Positions 12,420 through 63,172 of a DNA stretch of 64,000 nucleotides are shown one piece after another. Position numbers and translations under genes: made by a program. This DNA comes from Octopus vulgaris (lineage: Eukaryota): contig OX597828.1 of the NCBI GenBank assembly GCA_951406725.2, positions 24,552,001 through 24,616,000 of the forward strand. The letters are read 5' to 3'. Every line of letters starts with the position of its first letter. The stretch's first letter is position 1. The notes beneath the pieces are model-generated. The model saw only the letters and a program-made list of their open reading frames with translations, was not told where the DNA came from and made no database searches.

Positions 12420-12805
12420 CTGATGATGAGGAGGAGGAGAAAAGAGGGAGACGATGACGGAGGAGGAGGATGTGGAGGGGAGGAGGAGGAGGAGGAGGAG
12501 GAGGAGGAAGAGGGAAGGGAAGAGGAAGAGGAAAGGAAGGATGGAGGGGAAAGGGAGGAGGATGTTGGTGATTAAGATAATGATGAAGACGAGGATGATG
12601 ATGATGATGTTGATGATGATGATGACGGTAGTGGTGGTGGTGGTGGTGGTGGTGGTGTAGGTAGTGACGATGATGACAACGACGAAGACGACGAGGATGA
12701 TGATGATGATGTTGATGATGATGACGGTAGTGGTGGTGGTGGTGGTGGTGGTGTAGGTAGTGACGATGATGACGACGACAACGACGACGATAATGATGTT
12801 GGTGA
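12420..12805. repeat. GAG/GAT/GGT trinucleotide low-complexity block with an internal ~95-bp tandem duplication
   Basis: gatgttgatgatgatgacggtagt(ggt)n gtaggtagtgacgatgatgac occurs twice. Confidence 0.9.
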
Positions 12806-13199
12806 TGTTATTCTTTTTTATTTACTCCTAATATTCATCTTAATCAAACAAATTGGTTCATCTGCTTTACATGTTTATATATATATAATATACTGGTTTC
12901 AATAACCAGTATTACATGTGACTTGCCTTTTATCTCTCTGATGTTGCTTAAATAAGATATCACTCAATTACTGTGATTGATGTCATAGATTTATCCCAAA
13001 CCCATAAACTTGCTGGCCTTGCGTCAAAATGTAACCAGAAGCAGCAGCACTGTTGCTGCTGTTGTTGTTGTTGCTGTTGGTGTTGTCGTCGTTTTTATAA
13101 GGCAGTGGTGAGATGGGAGAATCATTAGCGCTTTTGACATATTCGCATCTGTTTCCTTTCCATAGTGTAGGTAATAAATCCTCTAGTTCAAATATATTC

Positions 13200-13636
13200 A
13201 GGTATGGCTGTGTAGCAAGAAGCTTGCATCCCAACCACATGGTTCCGGGTTCAGTCCTACTGCATGGAACCTTGCGCAAGTGTCTTCTACTCTAGCCTCG
13301 AGCCCACCAAAGCCTTGTGAGGGAATTTGGTAGACGGAAACTGAAAAAAGCCCGTCGTATACATACATATATGTGTGTATGTGTGTGTGTGTTTACATAT
13401 CTATTTACGTGTGTATGTCTTTGCGTCTGCGTTCGTCCTTCCACCATCGCTTCACAACAGATGTTGGTGTGTTTTCGTCCCCGTAATTTCGCGGTTCGGT
13501 AAAGGAGAACGATAGAATAAGTACTAGCCTTACAAAGAATAATTCCTGGGGTCGATTTGTTCGACTAACAACCTTTAAGGCTGTGTTCCAGCATGGCCGT
13601 AGTCAAATAACTGGAACAAGCAAAAGAATAAAAGGA
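13200..13636 (+). mobile_element. SINE family A, near full length
   Basis: tRNA-like head, internal (TG)n, tail cagcatggccg..caaataactggaacaag. Confidence 0.85.
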
Positions 13637-13644
13637 TACTTTTA

Positions 13645-14035
13645 ATCTTTTATTCTTTCGATCACTCATTAGTCTGCAGTCATGATCACGCACCGCCTTA
13701 AAGACGTTTCACTCGAATGAATCGACCCCAGTACTGTTTGCTAAGACTGGCACTTATTCTATCGATAACTTTTGCCGAACCGCTATGTCACAGGGGACGG
13801 AATCACACCAACACCAGTTTTTAAACGATGATGGGAGACAAACAGAAACACAAAGATAAACTATCGTACACACATATCCACACACACACATCCACACACA
13901 CACATATATAGCGTGCGTCTTTGAGTTTCCGTCTACCAGATCCATTTATAAGTCTTTGGTGGGCTCAAGGATATAGAAGAAACTTGCTCAAAGTGTCAGG
14001 CAGTGGGACAGAACCTTGAACGATGTGATTGAAAA
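13645..14035 (-). mobile_element. SINE family A, diverged, tail-to-tail with the previous copy
   Basis: tttccgtctaccagatcc, ttttgccgaaccgcta and atcgacccca segments are shared with family A. Confidence 0.8.
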
Positions 14036-14336
14036 GCAATAAATGGAGCTGTCGAAATGTGCCAGATAATGTAAATCAATCAGGTTTGTGTTTCATTTAA
14101 ATAGCGATTACTCTATTTTCAATTCTTGGACAGATAAATCAGAGTTACTTTTCCTCTGACGCGTGGCCAATTAATCGCAAAGCATGTGAGTAAAATTACA
14201 TTTATGTTTCGATAGATTAAGATAAAAACAAAATGTATTCCATTTGTTTACATTCTACAGGTTAGGCAATCATAGCGTACGTCTACCATTAAACTAGATA
14301 TAAAATGTGCAGCAAAAGTTTTAAGGTGCCCACTTT

Positions 14337-14368
<32 letters not shown>

Positions 14369-14582
14369 TGTATGTATGTATGTATGTGTGCATGTATGTG
14401 CGTATGTATATATATATATATATATATATATGCAAAAATCAGTAGACAGTAGAGATGGCACTTTGCAGGTCTAATTTTTAAACATCATTATTAAAATAAA
14501 ATCCATCTCCACTCACTTCAAATATATAATACTGTACCAAGAACTTTCTTTTTATTATGCTACCATATATATATCTATCTAC

Positions 14583-14629
<47 letters not shown>

Positions 14630-14646
14630 TGCATATATATATATAT

Positions 14647-14683
<37 letters not shown>

Positions 14684-14695
14684 CATATATATTTC

Positions 14696-14746
<51 letters not shown>

Positions 14747-14799
14747 GCGTGCGTGTGTGTGTGTAACTTTTTTCCTTTTGACATTTGATAGCCGTTACC

Positions 14800-15110
14800 T
14801 TTAGCTTAGTTTAGAAGAATATTGCGCGTAATTTTGTTTACAGCTGTTAGTACAGTGTTAATTTTAACATGGAGTGCAAAAACGAACATTTTCACCATAT
14901 TTGGCTTTTTTTATTTCTATAAAGGCAAGTAAGATGCTGAGGCTGACAAAGATATATATACGTATATAGTTTATGGTGTTGATTGCTTAACAGAACGCAC
15001 ATGTCAGAAATTGTTTTAAAAATTCCGTTCTGGAGATTTTTCACTTAAAGGTGACCAATGTTCTAGTCGACCCACTGAAGTCGATGATGACCGAATCAAA
15101 GCCTTGATTG
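14800..15110 (+). mobile_element. Mariner transposase N-terminal (HTH) remnant
   Basis: From ATG at 14869: MECKNEHFHHIWLFYFYKGK*..VYGVDCLTERTCQKLF*KFRSGDFSLKGDQCSSRPTEVDDDRIKALI. Confidence 0.85.
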
Positions 15111-16065
15111 CTTGTGCAACGTGTAATAAATTGTCTTGCGCATGGACGTAATGCACCGGCAGGAATCGATCTCGCGAAAGTTCTATCACGAGCCTAAATA
15201 CTAAGCTACGCTAAGTTCCATACATCTGTCAAATACCAAATGTCGAGCATACAATTGTGTGTTTAAGCATGTGTTTAACTGTGGATATATGTTACTATAG
15301 CGTGTATCTGTTAATGTAAAATCATACATATGTCTGTGTGCTCTCGTATGTGTGTGTGAGTGTGTGTGTGTGTACCCGTGTGTGTACCCGTATGTGAGTG
15401 TGTGTGTGTGTACCCGTGTGTGTACCCGTATGTGTGTGTGTGTGTGTGAGTGTGTATGTGTCTATGATGTACATACTAAGGGAAAGGAGTCTGTATTGCA
15501 GCATCGTATGAAACGGCTCGACATTGTTAATGAACGGGCAGTGTTTCATGATGTGCAGTATCCCCATGTGGATGATGATGGCGCTGCTGCTGAATATGTT
15601 GATGGTGGTAGTGAGGAGGAGACAGAGGAGAAGGAGAAGGAAGAGGAAGCGGAGGAAGAGGGAAAACTTGTGGTGGGACGTTTACTTTTAACCTGTCAAA
15701 TTACGCACACATATGAAAGTACGTACGTGCGTATGTATGTATGTATATATGTATAATTATATGTATGCGCATATACATGCATGTATACACACACACATCA
15801 AATCAACAGTGAAAAAGTCGATAATGACGCCGACCACGATAATGATGACGACGCACTCGACGAAGAGATGGTGGTGGTGGTGTTGGTGTCGCTGCTACTA
15901 TTAGTGCTTCTTAATGCCGGATATCGGTATGGTATTTATTGTGGAGACGACATAAATGATATTTAGAGTACGATATGGGTGTGACTAACATTTCTTAATT
16001 CATCTCAATATCCATTTCATTGATCAACCATGTATCAATAAAACTTAATTAGACCTCATCATGGA

Positions 16066-16096
<31 letters not shown>

Positions 16097-16565
16097 CATA
16101 TATATATGTAGAGGTGCACGCGCGTTTGTGTATGTATATGTATATACATATATATATATATATATCTGCGTGTGTGTTTGTGTGTAAAGCGTGTCGAACA
16201 AAATGCATTTCTGAATGACCGAGGAATGACCTGGGACTTTGGACGAGATCATTTCAGATAAATTCAGATCCAGCATTGCTTTATGAGTGAAACATCGAAA
16301 TTACACTCTCACTGTGATCCTGTTTAATATGGAATATTTATAAATCGACTTCTGACGGTTAATATTATTTGTGAGCAAGTTGACAGAGCCGTTACTGCGC
16401 CGGACTAAATGCCGCTAAGCATTTTGTCCGTCTTTTACGTTCTGAGTTCAAATACCGCAAAGGTCGACTTTGCCTTTCATCCTTTCGGATTCGATAAAAT
16501 GAGTAACATTTGAAACCATTATGATATGGTGTTTATAATTTATATTAAAGTTAAAAGACATAAGG

Positions 16566-16626
<61 letters not shown>

Positions 16627-16950
16627 ATAATAATATATATACACACATACATATTGGTGTGTATGCATATATATGCACGCACACATTAATATACATACAG
16701 GTATGTCATACACACATACATATGGACATATATATGGATTCATGCATACATACACCCTATATGTGTGTGTCTATGTGTGTGTATGTGTGTGTGTGTGTGT
16801 GTGTGTGTAAGCATATTTATAATTAGGAACAAGTCACAATTACAAAACCCATACAACTTTAGAATAGCAGTCAAAACCGCTATAAAGCCATTTAAATCAC
16901 TCATATTTCTCTTCACTATAAAATCTGTTCTGATTTCTATGTACAGGAAT

Positions 16951-17004
16951 ATCTCCCCTGATGAAACGAATGGATCCCTTAACGTCGAAATTGCAATAGG
17001 AAAT
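16951..17004 (+). ncRNA. Hammerhead ribozyme motif inside an inverted-repeat PLE-like element (16815-17190)
   Basis: CC-CUGAUGA-AACG..CGUC-GAAAUUGCAAU-A-GG with palindromic stem III AUUGCAAU. Confidence 0.55.
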
Positions 17005-17309
17005 TAACCAGTTATTTTCAAGTTATGATTTTATTTGTCATGTCACCTGCAGACAGCTTTTATAGTGAAGACAAACAATGAGTGATTTAAATGGCTTTAT
17101 AGCGGTGTTGACTGCTATTTCTATACATGTAGGGGTTTTCAAACCCTCTTAGTTATAATTGTGATTTGTTCATAATTATAAACATTCTTCTTCTATGTAT
17201 TATATGATAACATGTTTGGCCATTGATATATTCATAAATAATTTTAATTGTTTATAATATATCCTCCATAATTTATTTCTACATTACTTTTTAACTATAT
17301 CTATGTATG

Positions 17310-17433
<124 letters not shown>

Positions 17434-18374
17434 TAGATATATGGCCATCCGATTCGTTGTCGTAACAACCGAAAGATATGTGAAATAAAATAATTCCACA
17501 AGCAATATAAAACGCATAATCGCGGCAAACATTGAGTGTTATCTAAGAACTATTTCTTGTTATTGCTCTTGTTGTTGCTGCTGGTTTACAAAAAAACAAA
17601 AAACAAAGAAAAAACATCCAGATCGACGCTTTTAGCAACAATTTGTCAATCAAACCGACCTTGTTTCTAAGACAACAAATTTAAACCTATGCTTTTTTTT
17701 TACCACTCTGCCATTCCATGAACAGGAGTTACACGGAAAATATGGAAGCAATGTCAGATTTTGATAAACAACAACGGTTTATGAACATTTCTTTCCATAA
17801 ATTTTAAATTTTTCTTTTTTATTTCTGAAAATAAAATAACTCCAAACATGTTTTCGACAAATATGGTCTAATTTTATTTTTATTTATTTATTTATTTATT
17901 TTATACATATGGATATGTGCATCCATATCCATACGTGTCATGTGTGTCAGTATGTGCGTATGTATCTGTGTCCTGTTCTAGATTTTATACCAGAATATTT
18001 TTACTCGTTTGTTGCACCAAACGACACGTCATTCTGTTTGACATAGGTGTATTTTCTATCGATATCTCACATTTCTCCAAATTTCTTGTCCTCATCCACA
18101 AGGAGGAGGCTGCTGCTGTTCTACACGACATAACTGGAATTCAGAAAGCAAAAATTTTGAACAGACACTGCAAGTATCTCGTTCGACAAGTTAGTAATAT
18201 CGAAACCGACTATCTTGGACTCCGACAAAATGAAGTGAAAAATATACCGTGGCAATGTTTTCTACCTTGAGATTATTACCTTGAGATTATTACCTTTGTC
18301 ACGGGTCTTAATAAATAAAAAAAGTGCAAGTCATGTACGAAGGACTATTTGGTCAACTATAACTCGAATATGTA

Positions 18375-18431
<57 letters not shown>

Positions 18432-18483
18432 TGTTAATAAATTTATATCCATCAAATATTCCCATCTTTTTACTTAATAATAT

Positions 18484-18579
<96 letters not shown>

Positions 18580-19191
18580 TATATGTATATATATATTGTC
18601 AAGATAAAACTGTGAGTTATCTGGCCAGATAATAGAAGAGATGTTGTTGTGGATTTCCATTTCGGCATCCGAAACTCACAGTTTTATCTTGACTATTGTA
18701 TAATTGTACATATTATTTTATAGATAAATTTCCTCTATTTACATAATATTGAGTTCTCTTTCTTTCTTTTGTTATCTTACCGTTTTTACCAAGATATATG
18801 CGACAAATCTACTAGGTGAAATTGATTAATTTTATTAAATTAATTATATTCCACCCTTTATTGCATATATATATATATATATATATATAGTGGGAGTTAA
18901 CTTTCTTGCATGTAGGCATCTCGTGTGCCTTTTGATAAATATAAATTTTAATTCAATAACTATCTAACGCTATTTAAAGCCTTCAACCACCTATATTATT
19001 GTTGTTGTTATTATCAATTATTCATATTTACCGCAGATAATAATAATAATGATATTTATATGAATATTCACATTTGAATATTTACTCCTTATTAATATAT
19101 TTACACTGAAGCTGTTCTGATATTTGGCGCACAGAAATTCAGAACACCAGCAGACTTCAACGAACCGAGTTGAATTTTTTCACTTGGTAAA

Positions 19192-19246
19192 TCTTTCTGA
19201 CGAGAGTTATGACTTTTTCGTCAGAACTCGAAACCATGATACAAGA
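19192..19246 (+). ncRNA. Type-I hammerhead ribozyme motif between tandem PLE-like direct repeats (~18915-19035 and ~19380-19505)
   Basis: UCUUU-CUGACGA-GAGUU.UGAC(loop)GUCA.AACUC-GAAAC-CAUGAU-A-CAAGA. Confidence 0.65.
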
Positions 19247-19716
19247 GTATCCAAATGCCAGATTATAAAGCATTTAGCTGCGATGGATCTAGATTCTTTA
19301 CCCGTTTGCCCAAATACTGTTGTATTCTGTTGTATTATTCAATGGTTTATCTGGAGGTTTTAACTCTTTCTAACAGCTAGGCGCCTCGTGTGCCATTTTG
19401 ATAAGTACGAATTTCAATTCTATAGCTATCTAACGCTATTTAACGCTTGCAACTACCTATATTATTGTTGTTGTTTATTATCAATTATTTTTATTTTGCG
19501 CAGAAAATAATACATACATATATATAAATATTTATAAATTCCAATCAAGGACTATTATTGTTATTACTATATCCTACATTATATCGGTACAGCTCAGTGC
19601 CACCCCAAAAAACTGATTGTTGCTAGGTGGCATCATTAGGCTGTAGTGGACATAATTCAATAGGAACTTTTATGTACCTATTCAAAACGTATCCTGTAAA
19701 CGTAATTAAAAGATAT

Positions 19717-19768
<52 letters not shown>

Positions 19769-20067
19769 GAGCTGGTAGAGTCGTTACCACACTGGGAAAG
19801 ATGCTTAGCGGCATTTCGTCCGTCTTTACGTTCTGAGTTCCGACTCCACAAAAGTCGACATTGCCTTTGCTTTAGGATCGATAAAATAAGTACCAGTTAA
19901 TCTACTTAGCCCTCCACACCACAACCACCACCACCACCACCACCACCAGATTTAGTGTAGTCATTATTATTATTATCATCATCATTATTATCATGTCAAG
20001 CAGTTTGATATGTTTCCATGCGTCTTAAAGTTTGGGAGGCCTCTATCAGAAGCACCTCTCTTTCAGG

Positions 20068-20140
<73 letters not shown>

Positions 20141-20202
20141 CATACACACACACATGCATTGTTACGCGCATGTAATGTTGTTATTACTTTTATTATAATT
20201 AC

Positions 20203-20249
<47 letters not shown>

Positions 20250-20255
20250 CAATAT

Positions 20256-20290
<35 letters not shown>

Positions 20291-20969
20291 TCATTATTAT
20301 TATTATTATTATCATCATCATCATCACCATCATCATTATCATTATTACTACTATTCGTCTTCTCAATGTCATTGTTAATATAGTCCACCAGCTAATTTCC
20401 TCCTTTTATATTCAGTGTCCTATTTCACATTCGTTTCATGTTGTTTTCTTCGAGTATATTTGGTGGCATCCAAGATATTCCAGAGAAGAAAAAAAAATAA
20501 TAATAACATCAACGGCAAAAAACAACAACAATAGAAATAACATTAACACAAAAACAATAACTAAACAGCAAAAAGATCAGCAACAACAACAACAACAACA
20601 ACAACAACGATAGCAGCAAAAAAGCAACAATGAAGAGGAACGCGCACCAGAAGAAATGAACAACAATAAGACGAAGTAAGAAATATGAATAATAAAACAA
20701 ACATTCTCTTTCACTTCAAGAAGGAGATAATGATTACCATATTGAGTATGTTACATATATGTGTGTACGTGTGTGTCTATGTATATATACATATATACAT
20801 ATATATGTGTGTGTGTGTTTATGTATGTATGTATGTATGTATGTATGTATATATATATGAAGGCAGGTAGGTATTATGTAGGTACATATTATGCATATGC
20901 ATATATGTGCCTGTGTGAGAGCAGGAACATACGTACTCATACGCACAATGCACATATGCATATAGACAC

Positions 20970-21002
<33 letters not shown>

Positions 21003-21192
21003 TGTATGTATGTATGTATGTGTATGATATATATATATATATGCGTATATGTATATTGAGAGAGAGAGTGAGGGAGAGACAGGGACCGATGTATATATCC
21101 ATGTTTGTATATACATGCACACATACATATATGTATACACATGTGAATATGTATATATGTATATATATATACATATATATAATATTTTATAC

Positions 21193-21236
<44 letters not shown>

Positions 21237-21271
21237 ATGTGTGTGTGTGTTTGTGTGTGTGTGTATGTGTT

Positions 21272-21336
<65 letters not shown>

Positions 21337-21859
21337 GCGCACACCGTGTTTATGCTGGAAACTACGTCAATACACGTCTTCGAGTCAAAAATTGTCTGAA
21401 GCAGTAAAGTCAAAATCAACAACAGCATTCATTCCTTTCATAATAACTTCATGCTTTTCCATGAACAACAAGAACACCACCGTTCAATAACAATAGCTGT
21501 AGTTTCTGCTGTTGTATTTTCTAACATTACGACGACGACAGAAATTCATGACAGGTGTATAGGACTCTCTATCGGCCATAATTCTGGACTGATATTTAAG
21601 TTATGCACTGCTGCAAAATGAAGCGCAAATTCGGGAGGAATTAGGGATACATAATTAATAATTGTTAGTTATTTTGGTTCAGGCAACATGGAAGTGATTG
21701 TGGATTGTCCCTTGCACTGAAGTGTTATAATTAAGAACTGAAAGGAGAGGAACTCTAGAAAACAATATGGCTGATGTGTTCAACCACGTACAGTGATAGA
21801 TGTAGCTGGTGGATAATAGATTCGTGCATCCTGGATTCACTACACAATCACAGACTCAC

Positions 21860-21904
<45 letters not shown>

Positions 21905-22253
21905 CACACACATACGCACACATATACATAGATATGTATATACATATATATATAAGCACACTTACACTTTATAATATGTATGTATATATCAATATATCTA
22001 TATCCGTCTATCTATCTATACACACATACGCACACACGCACGAACAGACACACACACACTCACGTACAAAAACACACACATACGCACACACGCACGAACA
22101 GACACATACACACTCACGTACAAAAACACACACATATATAATAGAAGAAAAGTAAACGGAGATTTGGAATTTAATAATTGTTTAGTATTGACAGAAAATT
22201 GGTCATTTTCTGCTAAAATGAATTGATAAGCACACATATAACATCCAAAAAAT

Positions 22254-22476
22254 CTTTTACACTTTTACTTGTTTCAGTCATTTGACTGCGGCCATTCTGG
22301 AGCACCGCCTTTAGTCGAGCAAATTGATTCCAGGACTTATTCTTTGTAAGCCTAGTACTTATTCTATCGCTCTCTTTTGCTGAACTGGTAAGTTACGGGG
22401 ACGTAAACACACCGGCATCGGTTGTCAAGCGATGTTAGGGGGACAAACACAGACACACACACACACATATACACAC

Positions 22477-22519
<43 letters not shown>

Positions 22520-22687
22520 CATATATATTACGAGCTTCTTTCAGTTTCCGTCTACCAAATCCACTCACAAGGCATTGGTCGGCTCGAGGCCATAGTAGAA
22601 GACACTTGCCGAAGGTGCCACGCAGTGGGATTGAACCCAGAACCATGTGGCTGGTAAGCAAGCTACTTACCACACAGCTACTCCTGC
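22254..22687 (-). mobile_element. SINE family A, full length
   Basis: High identity to 29203-29609. Confidence 0.9.
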
Positions 22688-23090
22688 TTCTACGTCGGTG
22701 TGATCGGAACTTGCATAAACATGAAGTTTGAAGAAAAAATAATGTACATCTTTTTTGCTCTGATGTCTCATTAATGTAAATTCAATGTTTATTGAGTCTC
22801 AACTGAAACAGGTGTAAGTGAAGATGACCAATTTGCTGTTAATAATGAACAATTATTGACTTCTTAATCTCCATTTTCTTTTCTCCTTTTAAATGAATGT
22901 GAACTGTTTTTATATACACCTATTATTTGCAGGAAATTCATTCCCTCAAAATACTAGGTATTGAACCAGTATTTCTTTGGTTGAAACCATCCTTTCATGA
23001 GGTTTACACATCCTCTAATTATATTTATATACATAATATATATTCTTCCTAAAAGTATTGTAAATATGTACCTTTGTATGCATATATGCA

Positions 23091-23201
<111 letters not shown>

Positions 23202-23361
23202 GGGGAGAGAGGGTGGAGACGGATGGACAAACTGACACACATACAGATAGAAATATATATATATATATATAACAAAATATTAAGGAATGACCCTGAGAAG
23301 GTCGTTCGACTCGCTGGTGGCAGAAAATTTTTCTTGAATTTTTTGTTACCCTTATATTGAT

Positions 23362-23516
<155 letters not shown>

Positions 23517-24576
23517 CAAACAGACACATAATACATAAATACATTCATAAGTTTAAAAACATAAGAATGTTTTACATGTTGAAATCAAGATACAATTGGG
23601 GGCGCAGTGTGACCAGCGATGCATCACAACAACCAATAGTGTTGTCCCTATTGTGGATAAATAGTGTGGACATAGTTTTATAGATAACATGTTTGCGTGT
23701 ACGTATGAATATAATCCAGTAAAATTACATATGAGTCACGCATCTCTGAAGATTTTACAGTGATATTGGCTTAAGATAATATACATTAGATAATTGAAAA
23801 TCATTCATTGTTACATATATATATACAAAAAATGGGATAAGAACGCGACAGGTGACAACAAAATATCCAGACAGTTGGATGATACAAAAAGGGAGATGAA
23901 AAGCAAGGACGGGTCATTTGGAGTTTTCTTTCGTCACTCGAGTTCCAGATTATCTTTGAAGGTTCGGCTGGTTATACTCGAGACTGCTCCAATCTGGCTA
24001 GGCCCAAGGAAAATCTAAGCTAAGAGCACTAGATTCATTGGAAGAAAGCAGCTAATGTTTACGAAAACAAGGACGGAAAAAAACGGAGAAATGGTACACA
24101 AATACAAATGCAGAAAACAGGACATTAACAACAGATGTCTTTCGACTAAGGACGAATTAAATTAAGCTGGCGTGTGTGGAAGTGAAGCCTTACGGCAGGG
24201 ACATAAGAGATGACTGGCATAGGAAGTAATGTATTTGTTGCACGGATGGTAGTCGAACCAAGAAAGAAAGGTCAGGCTTGGCGGAACACCGGTCACATGG
24301 AAGGAGAGGAGAGCGATAGAGGCAGAGGGATAGGGGAATTAGGGAGGGTTGAGAAAAAAAGAAAAGGGACAGAGTGCCCACTCGCAAGGCTTCGGTCGCT
24401 CTGCCACTTTAGTAGAAGACACCAGCCCAAGGTGCCACGGAGTGGAACTGGAGCTGAGACCATGTGTTTGGGGACTCCTTACTACATAGCTACGCCTGCG
24501 CATATTATATAAACCACTAATTTAGTTATAAACTAATAAATGAAATCAATTAACGAACATGGATATTTTTAACAGC

Positions 24577-24582
24577 TTTATT
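24577..24582 (-). promoter_or_regulatory. Candidate polyadenylation signal AATAAA for the PC1-like gene
   Basis: TTTATT on + strand ~265 nt downstream of the stop codon on the minus strand. Confidence 0.4.
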
Positions 24583-24845
24583 GCAAATTGCAAACTAAGA
24601 ACAATAAAATGAATAAACAAATAAATCAACAGAAAAACAAAACAAAATAAAACAACATAATTATAAGAATAAAAGAACTGTATGGAAGATATATATGAGG
24701 AGCTTTATAAACCAACGTTTACCAGCCACCCCCCTTATACTATTATTATGTTATTCTGCTGTTCTGTATATTCTCTGATTATTCTGATTAGACTGTTCAT
24801 TCGCCATATAATCACTATATTCTGTGATTCCAGTTTATCTATTTT

Positions 24846-60590
<35,745 letters not shown>

Positions 60591-60659
60591 CTGGAAGAAA
60601 GGTAAATCGTAGTTAATATATACGTATGTTTGCTTTATTCTATGCGTGTCACTAATGTA

Positions 60660-60711
<52 letters not shown>

Positions 60712-61395
60712 GCGCGCACCTTCGTTTTGAGATCACTACTATCTTATTATCTCCCCTTCTTCCTAGCTCTCGTGTGTGACCCCTCTGTCCGGCATTCGCC
60801 ATGATAGATAGCTAGCCACTACACATTCTATATTTTCTCTCTTTGTTTCTTTCTGTGGAAGAGCGTAGGCTCGAAACGTTAAAGACTTTTTCCCTCCCCG
60901 AGCGTTAAACTAATACGCCTGTTTGTTGTCTACACCACCTGTCTTCGTATTTTGTTTTTTGTGAATTCTCCCCCACCCATATATATATGTGCGTGGGCGT
61001 GTTTTTGCATTTGTGCGACACACACACGCACGCACACACTCTCACACACACACACTCCACCATTTGATAATTAGTGTTGGTTTAATTACATATCCATAAT
61101 TTAGCTCTTCAGCAAAGGACACGTATTTAAAGTAAAAAATGAATCGTGACAACGGTATTTGGCAGGCTAAACCCTGCATCCCCACAATCTAATAACAAAA
61201 ATTTAAAACAATGAAAGCGTGTACACACGTGCACAGATCTACAAACTATACCTCTATACATGCATATAAGAATAGATTATACGAACATTCATACACGTGT
61301 AGGAATGTATAGACGCATATAAATTTATCACAACACGTTAAAAAATTTAAACTTCGACGACGTAATGGTAGGACATAAGCATGGCGTTATTTTAA

Positions 61396-61786
61396 TCTTT
61401 ACATATAAAAGTGAAGTTGTGTGTCTGTCTCCTACGATTTAGATTCCTTACTCCCACATTTTGCGGTGCAGTGTAACCAAAAGCGGGTATCTTATAGTCG
61501 GGATTCATATCGAGCCCTTCTGAGTATTAGCGCGCGTCTACGATGAGTCTACGATTTTAAAAAAAATTTACCATCATTTTTTCCCATTTTTAATGCATTT
61601 TTTGCTATTATATAAGGGAAGTAACTCTCTAAAAATGTATTATTAAATCTCAGAACGTAAAAAGCTACAGTAACACCCCACTTTGTGGTTAGCCATATTG
61701 AGATGGCTATTATACTTTACATCTCTAAAAATGCTTATATAGTTATTTCCCTTACAAACCCGAGCAACGCCGAGCGATACTGCTAG
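61396..61786 (+). mobile_element. Non-autonomous Helitron
   Basis: A|TC 5' end (TCTTTACATATAAAAGTG), subterminal GC-rich hairpin remnant CCCGAGCAACGCCGAG, and 3' CTAG|T; insertion between A and T with no TSD. Confidence 0.75.
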
Positions 61787-62208
61787 TTCCATATAAAACT
61801 GAACTCGAATTAAACAATTATGGGCAGGTACATACGGAATTATCTCTCCCTTCTTTTTGTGTATCTATTTACAAATGCTGTGTCTTTCTACTTATTTATA
61901 CATATTTCTGTAAGTATATATATATGTGTACATACATACATGTATACAAGGAGATAGAAAGAGAGAAAGAGAGAGAGTGTGTGTTTGAAAGATGGACATA
62001 TATGTCAAATGAGTGAATATAGCTGACAGTTACGCTTTCTGACAAGTGACTCAATACTCAAGTGCAATCTCGATTAAAAGTTTGATGTACACTTCCATTT
62101 AGTGAGGAAGAAGCGAAAACTTAATTCGCAACAACAGCTGCATCTGTTGCCAGATATATACATAGTTAGATTGGCAAATATATATATATATATATATCAA
62201 AATATATA

Positions 62209-62256
<48 letters not shown>

Positions 62257-62363
62257 ATATATATAACTATATATATATAACTACATATATAGATTTAGAT
62301 ATATACATATAAATGTATATATAGACAGACAGACAGAAAGGTAGTTAGATAGATAGATAGATT

Positions 62364-62395
<32 letters not shown>

Positions 62396-62994
62396 CATAC
62401 ATACATACATACATACATACATACATAGACTGATAGATGTTTATGAATATAGGTGTGTGTGTTAGGGTCTGTACATATATATATTCAATATATGCGTGTG
62501 TGTGTGTTTATGTGTGTGTGTGTGTCTGTAACAAATAATTTGCATACTAGTGTATGTGCTTCTCCACTAGTGTATGTGCTTCTATATACTCCAGTGTATA
62601 TAGAACATAGGAGGAAATACTAAATAAGGTATATATACTAAAATCGTAAAGCAAGTTACGTAATAACAGACTGTTTAGTAATGAGATAATAGCAATTCAA
62701 AGTAAATCACTCTGAAAATGGCTTTGTGCGTTCCCAGAGAATATTACCGTCAGGGATGCTAGCGTTGGTATGTTCCTGAATAAGTCATTAACCGAAATAA
62801 TTGGATCTATTGTTTAGGAAAATACTATTTACTTGTTTAAAGGATTTACTGGATAAATTGCGAAAATAACTCTAACAGTTCAAATACTAAGAAATAAGCA
62901 TACTCAATTTCAATTTTACTAAATAATATAGGAAAATGGATTATTTCCCTTGATTCTTAAAAATACATATATTCGATATATATATATATAAAGA

Positions 62995-63172
62995 TCACTT
63001 CCAGGGCCTCTATTATCAATTTTACCAACAATCTGAGTTTGCCATGAGGTTTCCAGACACAAGTTCTACTCATGTGTCAAGTTTCATCAAACTCTATAAA
63101 ACGATGTAGGAGGAGTTAGCTGACAACTCCACAAACACACTCACCTATAGAATTTCGTACTAAATATATAAG
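62995..63172 (-). mobile_element. Possible Helitron-like fragment
   Basis: gtgtcaagtttcatcaaa motif and a 5'-end-like TATATATTTAG on the minus strand; no 3' CTAG hairpin identified. Confidence 0.35.
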
